From: an uncultured Verrucomicrobiota bacterium | Lineage (GTDB): Bacteria > Verrucomicrobiota > Kiritimatiellia > RFP12 > UBA1067 | Assembly (NCBI GenBank): GCA_945834475.1 | Contig: CAMAHK010000005.1 | Coordinates: 1 to 58,510 of the forward strand | DNA: 58,510 nt | Reading direction: 5' to 3' | Program-made: the position numbers and the translations under genes | The notes under the pieces: generated by a model | What the model was told of the DNA's origin: nothing | Database searches by the model: none | What the model saw: the letters and a program-made list of their open reading frames with translations, nothing else | Shown here: positions 36,657-45,645 of the stretch, piece after piece | How the letters are laid out: every line of letters starts with the position of its first letter | Position numbering within the stretch: the stretch's first letter is position 1

Positions 36657-37973
36657 CTACATGTCTTCTATCGAATATCCTGCGAACGCCGGCACATAGT
36701 CGGCATATTTCGGAGTAGCTCGCAGAAAGGCCTGTGCACGCGTCTTAAGAACCTGCGGATTGATCTTCTCGGGATTGCGCTTCACTTCGGCAAAGAGGAT
36801 TCGCTTCTCGAGATCGTCGACGGCCACGATGTCGATTTCATTCTCGCCCTTACGGTCATACCAGTTGCCGATCGCCGTCCATTTGCCCGATTCCGCGAGC
36901 TTCATGCGAAAATACTGCTCAAGGGCAATTCCCGAGAAGACGGGATAGTCCCGCAGGATCAGACTCCGCAGCCGATCGTAGGCCTTGAGTTCAAGTGCCG
37001 ACTGATAACGATAGACAAAACGAAACCAAAAGCGGAGAAAGCAATCGTCAATCTGATAAAGCATATTCCGGCGCGACGCATCGCTTCCGAAGGGCGTCTT
37101 CTTGGCAACAACCGAATAGTCATCGCAAAGCTTCGTCAAATATCCCCCGACATCACTGCCGATGACATTCTCGATTTCGCTTCGGCTTGTCCGCCCGGAG
37201 GCAATGAGCGAAAGGATTGAAAAATAGGTCCCGTAATCCTTGCGGAACTCTTCGACCAGCAGAACCTTTCCCTCATTGAGAATCGGCGACGATTCTGAAA
37301 TCAAGGAGCCAACCATGTCCTCCAGTGAAAATGCAGCTGCATCCACAAGCTGCTCCACATACTTCGCAACGCCACCCGTAAAAGTCCACAGCGCCAACAA
37401 GGTCTCCGGATCGCGTCCGACGCCATGCTCCTTCAGGATTGTCTTTAACGTCGCAGTCGTGAACGGATTCAATCGAAAATCGCCCGTCGAACGGCCGTAA
37501 AGCGGCTGGTCAGCCGCGAAAATCTGTTCCATCAGGCGATTGATACTTCCGCAGACAACGAGATTGAGACGCGATTTCCCCTTGTAAAGATCCCAATCAC
37601 GCTGCATCGTGCTGTAAATGGACGGATTAACCCGAAGGAACTCCTGAAACTCGTCGATGACGAGCGTAAAGTGTTCCCGCACGGAAAGTTCCATCAAATA
37701 CCGAAACAAAGCTTCAACCGTCGCAATCTGCCCGGGAAGCGAAATTCCGAAATAGCGTTCGACCTCAGCCTGGAAATCAAGACACAAATCGGCTTCGTTC
37801 TTGCGTGCGACAAAGAAATAAAGATAATCACCTCCGCGATAGGCTTTCTCGAGCAGCGATGTCTTACCGACGCGCCGACGCCCCTTGAGAATCGTAAAAC
37901 AAGCGCGTTTCTTCGCCTTTTCCTGCACCTCTTCCAAAAACAGGATTTCTTTCTCGCGGTCGTAGAACTTCAT
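36657..37973 (-). CDS. ATPase_2 + DUF234 domain protein (paralogue of 33771-35090)
   Basis: MKFYDREKE, GRRRVGKT, LVIDEFQ, PLYGR, D.FLRFWF, WYDRKGENEIDIV..AEVK. Confidence 0.88.
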   Translation of the reverse strand: MKFYDREKEILFLEEVQEKAKKRACFTILKGRRRVGKTSLLEKAYRGGDYLYFFVARKNEADLCLDFQAEVERYFGISLPGQIATVEALFRYLMELSVREHFTLVIDEFQEFLRVNPSIYSTMQRDWDLYKGKSRLNLVVCGSINRLMEQIFAADQPLYGRSTGDFRLNPFTTATLKTILKEHGVGRDPETLLALWTFTGGVAKYVEQLVDAAAFSLEDMVGSLISESSPILNEGKVLLVEEFRKDYGTYFSILSLIASGRTSRSEIENVIGSDVGGYLTKLCDDYSVVAKKTPFGSDASRRNMLYQIDDCFLRFWFRFVYRYQSALELKAYDRLRSLILRDYPVFSGIALEQYFRMKLAESGKWTAIGNWYDRKGENEIDIVAVDDLEKRILFAEVKRNPEKINPQVLKTRAQAFLRATPKYADYVPAFAGYSIEDM

Positions 37974-37981
37974 AACACTCC

Positions 37982-38026
37982 GTTTCGTAAACCACCATTT
38001 ACGAAACCGTGGTTTACGGAACAGTA
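37982..38026 (-). promoter_or_regulatory. Three 15-bp-period palindromic operator-like units upstream of ATPase 2
   Basis: GTTTCGTAAAC / ATTTACGAAAC / GTTTACGGAAC. Confidence 0.55.
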
Positions 38027-38051
38027 GTTTATCAAAACACCCTGCCGCACG

Positions 38052-38334
38052 TCAAGACGACGGCGAACGCGGGAACGCGATCTTGTTTTCGCCCGGCACG
38101 AGCGGCGTACGACGAGAGCCCCAGACGAAAGTTCCCGGGAGGCCTTCCGGCAGCGTCACCACGCCGTGGGGACCCTTCTGGCCGAAGGTCAGGTCGAGCT
38201 TGACGAGTCCCTTCGGAGTCGGGGTCGTCGCGACGATTGTTTTGAGCGATCCCGGCTGCGACGCGATAGAGCCCCGCCAACCGCCGCCGCCAGGCCCGGA
38301 ATTTTTGCTCATAGACGTAAAGGATTGTCGTCAT
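38052..38334 (-). pseudogene. Deletion scar: XylR-type regulator 5' end joined out of frame to an alpha-L-rhamnosidase (GH78)-like 3' end
   Basis: MTTILYVYEQKFRAWRRRLAGLYRVA resembles the N-terminus of 31756-32916; other frame QPGSLK...TPTPKGLV...VTLPEGLPGTFVW. Confidence 0.6.
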
Positions 38335-38339
38335 TGCGC

Positions 38340-39446
38340 TTACTCGACGCCGAACTTCTCGGCCATGTCGGCGCCAACAGCCTCCCACCGCCAGCCGGTT
38401 GCCAGAGGATTGCTTTCGTCGTTCACGTCGTCCACGAACGCCGTCACCGTCGCACGGTTCGCGATCATCGTCGGCGCAACGTGGATCTCCTCGGCCCTTA
38501 CATTCAGCCAGTCAAGCGCCGCATCTGCTGCGTCCAGAACCTCGCTGATGTAGCGGCGATGCGGATTTTCGGGACATTCCTCCGCGGGCAGGGCCTCGGC
38601 CGCCGCAATCGCCGCCGCGTAACGGGACTTCACAAGCGCACCCTGTCCGTGACTCAGCCGATGCCGGAGCCGCTGCGCATCGCGCGTCTCGGCGAGGAAG
38701 ACGAGCGACTCGTCCTCCCCCAGCCAATTGCGCAGCAGGTCCCATTCTTTCGCCAGCTCTTCGCGCGCCGCAGCCAAGGACTTCAGGACGGCCAACCCAT
38801 GCGCATCGAGCCGCGCCCGGCGGAGTCGGATTTTCTTCCAGCCCTCTTCGGGATCGTAGTCCGCATAGAGCTCCGGATCATCGTACTTCCCAAGCTCTTC
38901 CTCAAGCCACGCCCGCGTGCCGAGTCCGTCCGTCCGCTTTAAGAGCTCCTCGCGCAACGCCGGCAGGTAACGAACGTCATCGAGCGCGTAGCGGACTTGC
39001 GCCTCGGAGAGCGGACGCTGCGTCCAGTCCGTGCACGTCTCGGTCTTGGGAAGCCCAACATCCAGCGCCTCAAAGAGAAGCTTCTGTAGCCCAATGCCCT
39101 GCGGGAATCCCGCGAACGCCGCCGCCAGCTGTGTGTCGAAGACATTCTGCGGCAACGCGCCGCAGTAATGATGAAGGTGCTGCAAATCCTGCCGCGCATC
39201 GTGCAGGATCTTGACGACGCTTGGATCGGCGATCAGTTCCGCGAGCGGGGCGGGATCGAACCCCTGCATCACGTCCACCGCCCAACTGGCCTCTCCGCCG
39301 CAGCCCATCTGCACAATGCCCAGGCGCGGACGATAGGTGCTTCGCCAAACAAACTCCGTATCCAGCGCGAGAATCCCCGACGCCCGGACCTGTTCGCAAG
39401 CCGCCGTCAGTTCCGGTAAGGTACGAATCAATTCTTTCATGTTCAT
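38340..39446 (-). CDS. rnd: Ribonuclease D
   Basis: ALDTEF, KILHDARQDL, FDTQLAA, TDWTQRPLS.AQ..YALDDV, HRDC-like C-terminus; ATGA overlap with the upstream fusion gene. Confidence 0.9.
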   Translation of the reverse strand: MNMKELIRTLPELTAACEQVRASGILALDTEFVWRSTYRPRLGIVQMGCGGEASWAVDVMQGFDPAPLAELIADPSVVKILHDARQDLQHLHHYCGALPQNVFDTQLAAAFAGFPQGIGLQKLLFEALDVGLPKTETCTDWTQRPLSEAQVRYALDDVRYLPALREELLKRTDGLGTRAWLEEELGKYDDPELYADYDPEEGWKKIRLRRARLDAHGLAVLKSLAAAREELAKEWDLLRNWLGEDESLVFLAETRDAQRLRHRLSHGQGALVKSRYAAAIAAAEALPAEECPENPHRRYISEVLDAADAALDWLNVRAEEIHVAPTMIANRATVTAFVDDVNDESNPLATGWRWEAVGADMAEKFGVE

Positions 39447-41515
39447 TTCACATTGATGCGCCGACGACACGACGGCGATGTCCAGTATATCTCGTCAAAC
39501 GCGCCCGCCTCCACCGGCGGCGCGTCGACCGGATCATTGACATAATTGGCGATGGCCGCGTAGCGACAACGCTCACCGAGCGCCGCCAGCGAATCAGGCA
39601 CCCCCTCGGGCAAAAGCCGAAGAACGGAATCTGTCGGATGCACCACCGCCGCGAGTTCACAAAGGAGTGTCGCCGAGTTCGCAGCGGACGCGACAAGCGC
39701 AATCGTAAAGCCCAGGTGCTCCGCCGCAGCTGCCGTCGTTGGACCAATCGCCGCGACCTTCGGCTTTGCCGCGCACGAGAGCAGTTCAGCATCGAGCGCC
39801 CGCAGCGCGTTCGCACTCGTCGCGACGAGCCAGTCCGCCGCCACGAACTGCGCGACCGTCACTGCGCCCGGCAAGGGACGGATCCGACCGACGGTCACCT
39901 CGGTGACGTCCGCGCCAGCCGCTCGCAGCCGTTCGGCCAATGCCGAGGGCGCGCCCCCCACCTTCGCAACAAGACAGCGCCGCCCGAAGGCGACGACGTC
40001 TCCGACAACAACGACCGCAGGCGCGGCGAATCCAGCCTCCGTCGCCGCCGCGGCGATCGTCTCCAACGGACCGCGCACCTCGCGCTGTGCTGCGGTCGTC
40101 CCCTCGGCGATCACGGCCGCGGGGGTTGACGGTGCGCGTCCCGCGGCGATAAGCCCGGACGCGATCTCGGCGAGCTGCGCGAAGCCCATCAGAAAGACGA
40201 GCGTCGTCTTCGGATCGCGCATCGATGCGTAATCCAGGTCGGTCGCCGAAAAATTCGCCCCGTGCGCCGTGATCACGCGAAACGACGTCGCGACGCCACG
40301 ATGCGTGACCGGAATCCCCGCCGCCTCGGGAACGGCCACCGCCGAAGTCACGCCCGGAATCGTCTCACAGGCGATCCCGTGTTCGCGCAGATACGCGATC
40401 TCCTCGCCGCCGCGTCCAAAGACAAACGCGTCCCCACCCTTCAGCCGCACGACTCGCCGATGGCGCGAGGCAAGTTGGGCGAGAAGCGCATTGATGTCGT
40501 CTTGCGAGGCGGAGTTGGAGAGTGGTGTTTTTCCGACGTTGTGGAGTTCGCAGGTCGGCGAGGCTTCCTTGAGGAGTTCCTTGGAAACGAGACGGTCGTA
40601 GACGATGGCGTCGGCCGCACGAATGGCCGCGAGTCCCTTCACCGTGATCAGCCCAGGATCGCCCGGACCCGCACCGACGAGCGTCACCTTAGGTGGCTCG
40701 GTCTTTTCGAAGAAACTCGTGAGGCGCAGTTCGCCGTCCTCAAGCGTCGCATACGCGGCGACCGCATCACGACACGTCGCGCCCGTCGTGCGGAGATACG
40801 CGCGCTCGGCCTGCGCCACCCGCTCGGCCGCGTCGTCGCCGAGCGCATCGATCTTTGCCTTGAGTTCGGCGTCGGACGCACGCACCTCAATCGCGAGCTG
40901 TCCCTGATTCGGCGCGGGAATCATCCACATCGGATCAAGCCGCTCCGTGATGACGTCGCTCCGCCCAAGCCGGTCCAGTCCCGCACAGGCGAGGACGAGG
41001 GCGTCAAGAGGTTGAGGTTGGAGGTTGAGGTTGACGACGGTGGAGTTGAAGAGTTTTTTAAGCCGCGTGTCGACATTGCCGCGGATGGGGACGAATTTGA
41101 GGTCGGGACGCCGCTCGCGGAGGAAGTGCGTGCGCCGAACGCTCCCCGTCGCGACGACTGCGCCACGCGGCAGTTCGTCGAGCGTCTTCCCCTCGCGCGA
41201 GACGAGCGCATCGCGCGGATCAGCGCGTGTCCACGCCTTTGCGAGAACGAGTCCCTCGGGCTCCGCCGCCGGAAGGTCTTTCATGCTGTGGACGAGCAAG
41301 TCGACTTCGCCCGCGAGAAGCCGGTCCTCAAGATCGCGCACGAACGCCCCCGCGCCGAGCGCCTCCAGCGGTTTCGTCTGATCGCGATCGCCGCGAGACG
41401 AGAGAACGACGATCTCGAACGAATCCCCCGGATACGCCGCCGCGAGCCGCGTCTTCACAAACTCGGCCTGAATAAGCGCCAGCTGCGATCCCCGACTGCC
41501 GATCTTATAATGCAT
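39443..41515 (-). CDS. hemC: Trifunctional HemC-CobA-HemD fusion (porphobilinogen deaminase / uroporphyrinogen-III methyltransferase / uroporphyrinogen-III synthase)
   Basis: KIGSRGSQLALIQ, VHSMKDLP, IRGNVDTRL, PAPNQG; LVGAGPGDPGLIT, RLKGGD.FVFGRGGEE, GIPVTHRG; TSANA, AAIGPTTA, WTSPS; start re-called at MHYKIG. Confidence 0.88.
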   Translation of the reverse strand: MHYKIGSRGSQLALIQAEFVKTRLAAAYPGDSFEIVVLSSRGDRDQTKPLEALGAGAFVRDLEDRLLAGEVDLLVHSMKDLPAAEPEGLVLAKAWTRADPRDALVSREGKTLDELPRGAVVATGSVRRTHFLRERRPDLKFVPIRGNVDTRLKKLFNSTVVNLNLQPQPLDALVLACAGLDRLGRSDVITERLDPMWMIPAPNQGQLAIEVRASDAELKAKIDALGDDAAERVAQAERAYLRTTGATCRDAVAAYATLEDGELRLTSFFEKTEPPKVTLVGAGPGDPGLITVKGLAAIRAADAIVYDRLVSKELLKEASPTCELHNVGKTPLSNSASQDDINALLAQLASRHRRVVRLKGGDAFVFGRGGEEIAYLREHGIACETIPGVTSAVAVPEAAGIPVTHRGVATSFRVITAHGANFSATDLDYASMRDPKTTLVFLMGFAQLAEIASGLIAAGRAPSTPAAVIAEGTTAAQREVRGPLETIAAAATEAGFAAPAVVVVGDVVAFGRRCLVAKVGGAPSALAERLRAAGADVTEVTVGRIRPLPGAVTVAQFVAADWLVATSANALRALDAELLSCAAKPKVAAIGPTTAAAAEHLGFTIALVASAANSATLLCELAAVVHPTDSVLRLLPEGVPDSLAALGERCRYAAIANYVNDPVDAPPVEAGAFDEIYWTSPSCRRRINVK
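41009..41033 (-). repeat. CAACCT-type repeat inserted in frame in the HemC domain
   Basis: Identical to 11367-11391; encodes NLNLQPQP. Confidence 0.75.
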
Positions 41516-41621
41516 TGAGCCACGCCTCCGTTTTAGCGACCGTCCCGTCCACAAACCGCATCTCCAGCCGCATAACCTCATCCGGCTGGCAAACGACAAT
41601 CTGATTTTCGTTCTCTTTCAT
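41505..41621 (-). pseudogene. 38-aa chimeric ORF: RhuM-like N-terminus fused to a duplicate of the HemA C-terminus
   Basis: MKENENQIVVCQPDEVMRLEMRFVDGT-VAKTEAWLNAL*; own TGGTATAAT at 41633-41641; stop overlaps hemC start. Confidence 0.6.
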
Positions 41622-42207
41622 CACCACGGGAAATTATACCAAAATTGCCCGTTTAACACCTGACCAGCGCGTGCACTTAAACTCCATTCGGTAATAATTT
41701 TCATTCGGCAAATCATTGAATTATTGGAAAACAACCCTCCTAATGTATATATATACTTGAGTAGCCCCCTTAGTAGTCTCATAAATGCGTAGTTTCACAA
41801 TCGAATATGGTGTTATCCCGGTTCGGCTTGAGGCAATACCAGGTCGAGTCTGTAATCGACATGTCGCAACGAATGGGACAACTTGGAGGTTTTCTCTACT
41901 ATGCGCTCGCAAGCGGTCTGAAACGAGTTTTTGCGCGCGGCGGAGGGAGGAAAGTCATGATGCCTGAAGAAACCGAGGTTGAGGATAGACAGATGCTGCT
42001 AAACCTCGATCTGTCGGGGTGAGATCAGTCTTTGCAGACTCCATAAGACGCCAAGTCCCATAAACGGGCCTCTCAGAGACGGCCAAAAACCGCTTCGTCG
42101 CGAAGTGGCTCGCTAGCGTTCGAAACAATGGGGGGAACTTCAGTCCGCCCTCTTGGAATTCCGTACACGATATGGTACACTATCGAGCACACGAAGGAGA
42201 ATCTCCC

Positions 42208-42543
42208 ATGACAGCAACAGCACCCCGAATGAGCGAAGACGTCCTTTCATTCTCAACGTACCGACGCACCTTGGCGGACTGCATCAACCGCACAGAACGC
42301 ACGCGGCGCCCGCTCTTCGTCACCCAGAACGGTCATGTCACAACTGTCGTCATGAACATTCGTGAATACGAAGCCGAGCAAGACGAACTCGCGCGATGGC
42401 GCGAACGCGAACAACTTTCACGCGATGTCGAGATTTCCCGGCGCGAATTCGCCGAGGGCAAAGGCATCCCACACAAGCAAGTCACGCAGGAAATGAATGA
42501 GATGATTCGCGGATGGATGCGCGAAGAAGGCCACCAATCATGA
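42208..42543 (+). CDS. Phd/YefM family antitoxin
   Basis: RPLFVTQNGHVTTVVMNIREYE; SD AAGGAG; promoter TTGGAA...TGGTACACT upstream. Confidence 0.82.
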   Translation: MTATAPRMSEDVLSFSTYRRTLADCINRTERTRRPLFVTQNGHVTTVVMNIREYEAEQDELARWREREQLSRDVEISRREFAEGKGIPHKQVTQEMNEMIRGWMREEGHQS

Positions 42544-42860
42544 CCGCCTGGTCGCCCCACGCCAAAGAATTGTTGCGCAGCATCCTTGCGACGATTCGCT
42601 TTGAACAATCCGCGGAAGACGCATTTCGCTGGAATGGTAAAATCGCCAAGGCCGTCGAGACACTAGACGACTTTCCCCTAAACGGCCGCAATATTCCAGT
42701 TGCATGCTTCACCACCATCCCCGAAAACCTTGACAACCTCCGCCAGACATTCTGCCTACCGTATCGCATTGTCTACGAAGTTGTCGAGAACGAAGTGCGC
42801 GTTCTCTCCATTCGCCATTCGCGAATGCTCGTCTCATCCGACGACACTATCTGGAACTAA
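42540..42860 (+). CDS. RelE/ParE family toxin
   Basis: WSPHA..L..I, LDDFPLNGR, YRIVYEV...V.VLSIRHSR; ATGA overlap with the antitoxin. Confidence 0.85.
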   Translation: MTAWSPHAKELLRSILATIRFEQSAEDAFRWNGKIAKAVETLDDFPLNGRNIPVACFTTIPENLDNLRQTFCLPYRIVYEVVENEVRVLSIRHSRMLVSSDDTIWN

Positions 42861-42905
42861 ACGATCCCCGAGCAACATCCATCTTTCACGCGCACAACGC
42901 CCACC

Positions 42906-42938
42906 CCAACGGGGGACGCGACACTCCTGTCGCGTCGC
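42906..42938 (+). repeat. REP-like palindrome, CTCC-loop family
   Basis: CCAACGGGG-GACGCGACA-ctcc-TGTCGCGTC; related to 824-853. Confidence 0.6.
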
Positions 42939-42975
42939 AGTCAAAACACAACACCCGCAAAGCGGGACGCGATAT

Positions 42976-43806
42976 TCATTCTTGTGAAACCGCAACACGG
43001 AAACCTAAATCGCATGCACTAGAATTTGGGAGTCCTCTATTGCGAGCCGCAGAGCGACTATAGAAGCTATTACCACTCCAGCCACCACCACGAAAAACTC
43101 GAAAATCGCCAGTTGAGCATCCCATGCGGTCAATTATTTCTTCTCCTAAACAATCCTCATAACAATCCTGACACCACTCCCAGACATTACCATGCATATC
43201 ATAAATCCCCCAGGCATTAGCACTTTTACATCCAACACAATGAGTCACACTTCCCGAATCCTCAGAACACCACCCCATTTCATCTATCTTTCCCGTCCCC
43301 GCATACGGTCCAGATGAACCTGCCCGACACGCATACTCCCATTCGCTCTCTGTCGGCAAGCGAAAGCCTGTTCCCGCCTTAGATAAGAAGTCCTGACAGG
43401 CACTCCAGGAAACTCTCTCAACGGGGAGAGAATCACCCTTGAAATTTGAAGGATTGTCTTTCATTACACTCCGCCACTGCGCCTGAGTAACCTCATACTT
43501 GCCAATCCAGAACCCCTTCGTCACTCTCACTCGATGCAAACTCTCGTTTTCACCACGGCCAGCTTCCAGCATCGGGCTACCCATATAGAACTCGCCTGGC
43601 GGACAATAAACAAGTTCTAATTTCTCTCCACCCGGCAGTTTAACTATCTTTACCACTCCCGTCGAGGCACAACACATTTCTTCGTGCAGCCTGGAGGTCG
43701 GCGTTTCCCTTTTCTCTGGCATCTCATCAGCTTTACGATGCTCCGAACAGCCGTTGCAAAGAAAGATCAGGAGTCCCACCATACAAAGGCCACCCAAAAG
43801 ATTCAT
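42976..43806 (-). CDS. FGE-sulfatase (SUMF1/CLec-fold) domain protein, probable lipoprotein
   Basis: PPGEFYMGS, KYEVTQAQW, PVERVSW, RLPTESEWEYACRAG, NAWGIYDMHGNVWEW, RGGGW, LGFRV; LCNGC lipobox-like. Confidence 0.88.
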   Translation of the reverse strand: MNLLGGLCMVGLLIFLCNGCSEHRKADEMPEKRETPTSRLHEEMCCASTGVVKIVKLPGGEKLELVYCPPGEFYMGSPMLEAGRGENESLHRVRVTKGFWIGKYEVTQAQWRSVMKDNPSNFKGDSLPVERVSWSACQDFLSKAGTGFRLPTESEWEYACRAGSSGPYAGTGKIDEMGWCSEDSGSVTHCVGCKSANAWGIYDMHGNVWEWCQDCYEDCLGEEIIDRMGCSTGDFRVFRGGGWSGNSFYSRSAARNRGLPNSSACDLGFRVAVSQE

Positions 43807-43969
43807 GGCACGGCCTCAACTTTGTGCGTTTTCAATTATCATTTAAAGCAAACCTCCATATCCCCTCGACCAAATACAACTTTACTTTGCGACAAGATTG
43901 AGCAGACAAGATTCACTGGGTTCGCAATCATCATAATTCAGGAAAATCAGACATCTCTTATGAGATAGT

Positions 43970-45634
43970 CTAATCCTGCGAGACTGCCAGGCGAAAACCG
44001 AGGTACTCACTTCTGTAAAACGGGCTGGCGTAGTCACGATAAGACTCAGCAAGACAACTCGCGTGATTACGCCACCCTCCACGACGATACACACGCTCCG
44101 AACTACCAACCTCACTCCGGTCTTCACACCACTCCCACACATTGTCATTCATATCGAAAAGCCCCCAGGCATTCGGTTCCTTCAATCCCACAGCTTGTAT
44201 ACCCCGCTCTTCTCGGTTATAACTGTACCTCCATGTTCGGCTCCCCATATCGGTTATACCTCCTGCGTGGCAGGCTGTTTCCCACTCTTTTTCATTCGGC
44301 AAACGATATCTACGGCCATCCATCTGACTAACACACCTGATAAATTCCTGACAGTCCTTCCAGGAAATATTCTCCACCGGGCGGTCAGGTCCACGATAGT
44401 CTGAGGGGTTACTCCCCATGACAGCCATCCACTGAAGTTGTGTTACTTCCGTCCGCTGCATCTGATAACGCTGTCCAGGAATCGCAATCATCTCCGAATT
44501 GGCGATGATCGGCCCGAGTGCATGGTCTTTGATATACGACGGAAGCGCATCAACAAACGCCTTGAGCTGCTTACCCATGGCCACATCACACGTGCAGACA
44601 TCTTCCGCGGATTTCTCCATCGTCCTATGATCCATATACCAGGCTTGCAATTGCCGGGAAAGCGCATTCATCTCGCGAACCAAATCATTGCGCTTAGCAA
44701 CGGCTGCCGCGAGCACGCGGCTATAACGCACATCATCCATCTGAATGTGTTGCTTAAACACCTCGGAAAGTAGCGCGTCGAGCTCCTTGAATTCACGCCC
44801 CATCTTCTGATAAATGGCGTTCGATTCTGGCGCATACTTAACAGCGAAATCGGATATCTTGCCCTCCATCGGATTCATCTCCAGGAGTGTATATCCAGCC
44901 CGTTCGACATTTTCAGGGAGCAGTCGAACGGCAAGTCGCTGCGTATCAATCTGTGCGAAGTCCTTGTCGGACAAAACGCCGAAACGACTCAAAAGCCAAT
45001 AATGGCAAAGTTCGTCATGGCAAATGAAACACTCAGTACGTGCCTTCACAAATTTCTCAAGAACCTTGTTGAATGAATTCCACCTTGGATCCGTAGACTT
45101 AATCATCCAAGGTTCTGAGAACTCTTCGTTGAAGATCTGCTGAAGTTCAACTAAAGCATCACGTTTCTTCTCGTAGTTGGCATAAGCGTTCGGCAAATAT
45201 TTCGTACCAAATTCCGACAGCAACGCTTCGCCCGCCAGCGCATCCGATTCTGACATGCCCAGCCGAGGCGATGACCACTTCGCCAGCCAGTCGGCCTTTT
45301 CATCGCGATTACGTCTGCGACCCCCGAGAAATGGATTCTCATACCGATAACCCTCGGAATAACACTTCTTGATGGCTGCCAGATCATGTTCAACCGTCTT
45401 TTCATAAAGAGCGGTCCGCATGGCAAGTCGCATCTTCTCCGACCGCCTCGCCTCTGCCCGCTCGCGCCAACCGTTTTGGTACTTAGCTGTAAAGCCCTCT
45501 AACGAAACATTCGCCTCTCCATCATCACTTGCCTGCCATGCCGCATACTCATCTTTACGCTCAGCGCTAATGCACCCACAAAGCGATACAAACAATACGA
45601 TGCACGACAACAGAACAACATTCTTATTCATCAA
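43970..45634 (-). CDS. Lipoprotein with a helical N-terminal region and C-terminal FGE-sulfatase/CLec domain
   Basis: LCGC lipobox; TEVTQLQW, PVENISW, RLPNEKEWE, PNAWGLFDMNDNVWEW, LGFRL. Confidence 0.82.
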   Translation of the reverse strand: MMNKNVVLLSCIVLFVSLCGCISAERKDEYAAWQASDDGEANVSLEGFTAKYQNGWRERAEARRSEKMRLAMRTALYEKTVEHDLAAIKKCYSEGYRYENPFLGGRRRNRDEKADWLAKWSSPRLGMSESDALAGEALLSEFGTKYLPNAYANYEKKRDALVELQQIFNEEFSEPWMIKSTDPRWNSFNKVLEKFVKARTECFICHDELCHYWLLSRFGVLSDKDFAQIDTQRLAVRLLPENVERAGYTLLEMNPMEGKISDFAVKYAPESNAIYQKMGREFKELDALLSEVFKQHIQMDDVRYSRVLAAAVAKRNDLVREMNALSRQLQAWYMDHRTMEKSAEDVCTCDVAMGKQLKAFVDALPSYIKDHALGPIIANSEMIAIPGQRYQMQRTEVTQLQWMAVMGSNPSDYRGPDRPVENISWKDCQEFIRCVSQMDGRRYRLPNEKEWETACHAGGITDMGSRTWRYSYNREERGIQAVGLKEPNAWGLFDMNDNVWEWCEDRSEVGSSERVYRRGGWRNHASCLAESYRDYASPFYRSEYLGFRLAVSQD

Positions 45635-45645
45635 TCAGTCTTTCT

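Noticed and set aside
41733-41760. dif-like site (CCTAA-TGTATA-TATAT)
   Set aside because: The spacer matches E. coli dif but the right arm lacks TTATGT; probably AT-rich chance.
41721-42022. Short ORFs in the AT-rich left part of the island
   Set aside because: No recognisable motifs or convincing RBS; possibly decayed DNA, so not called.
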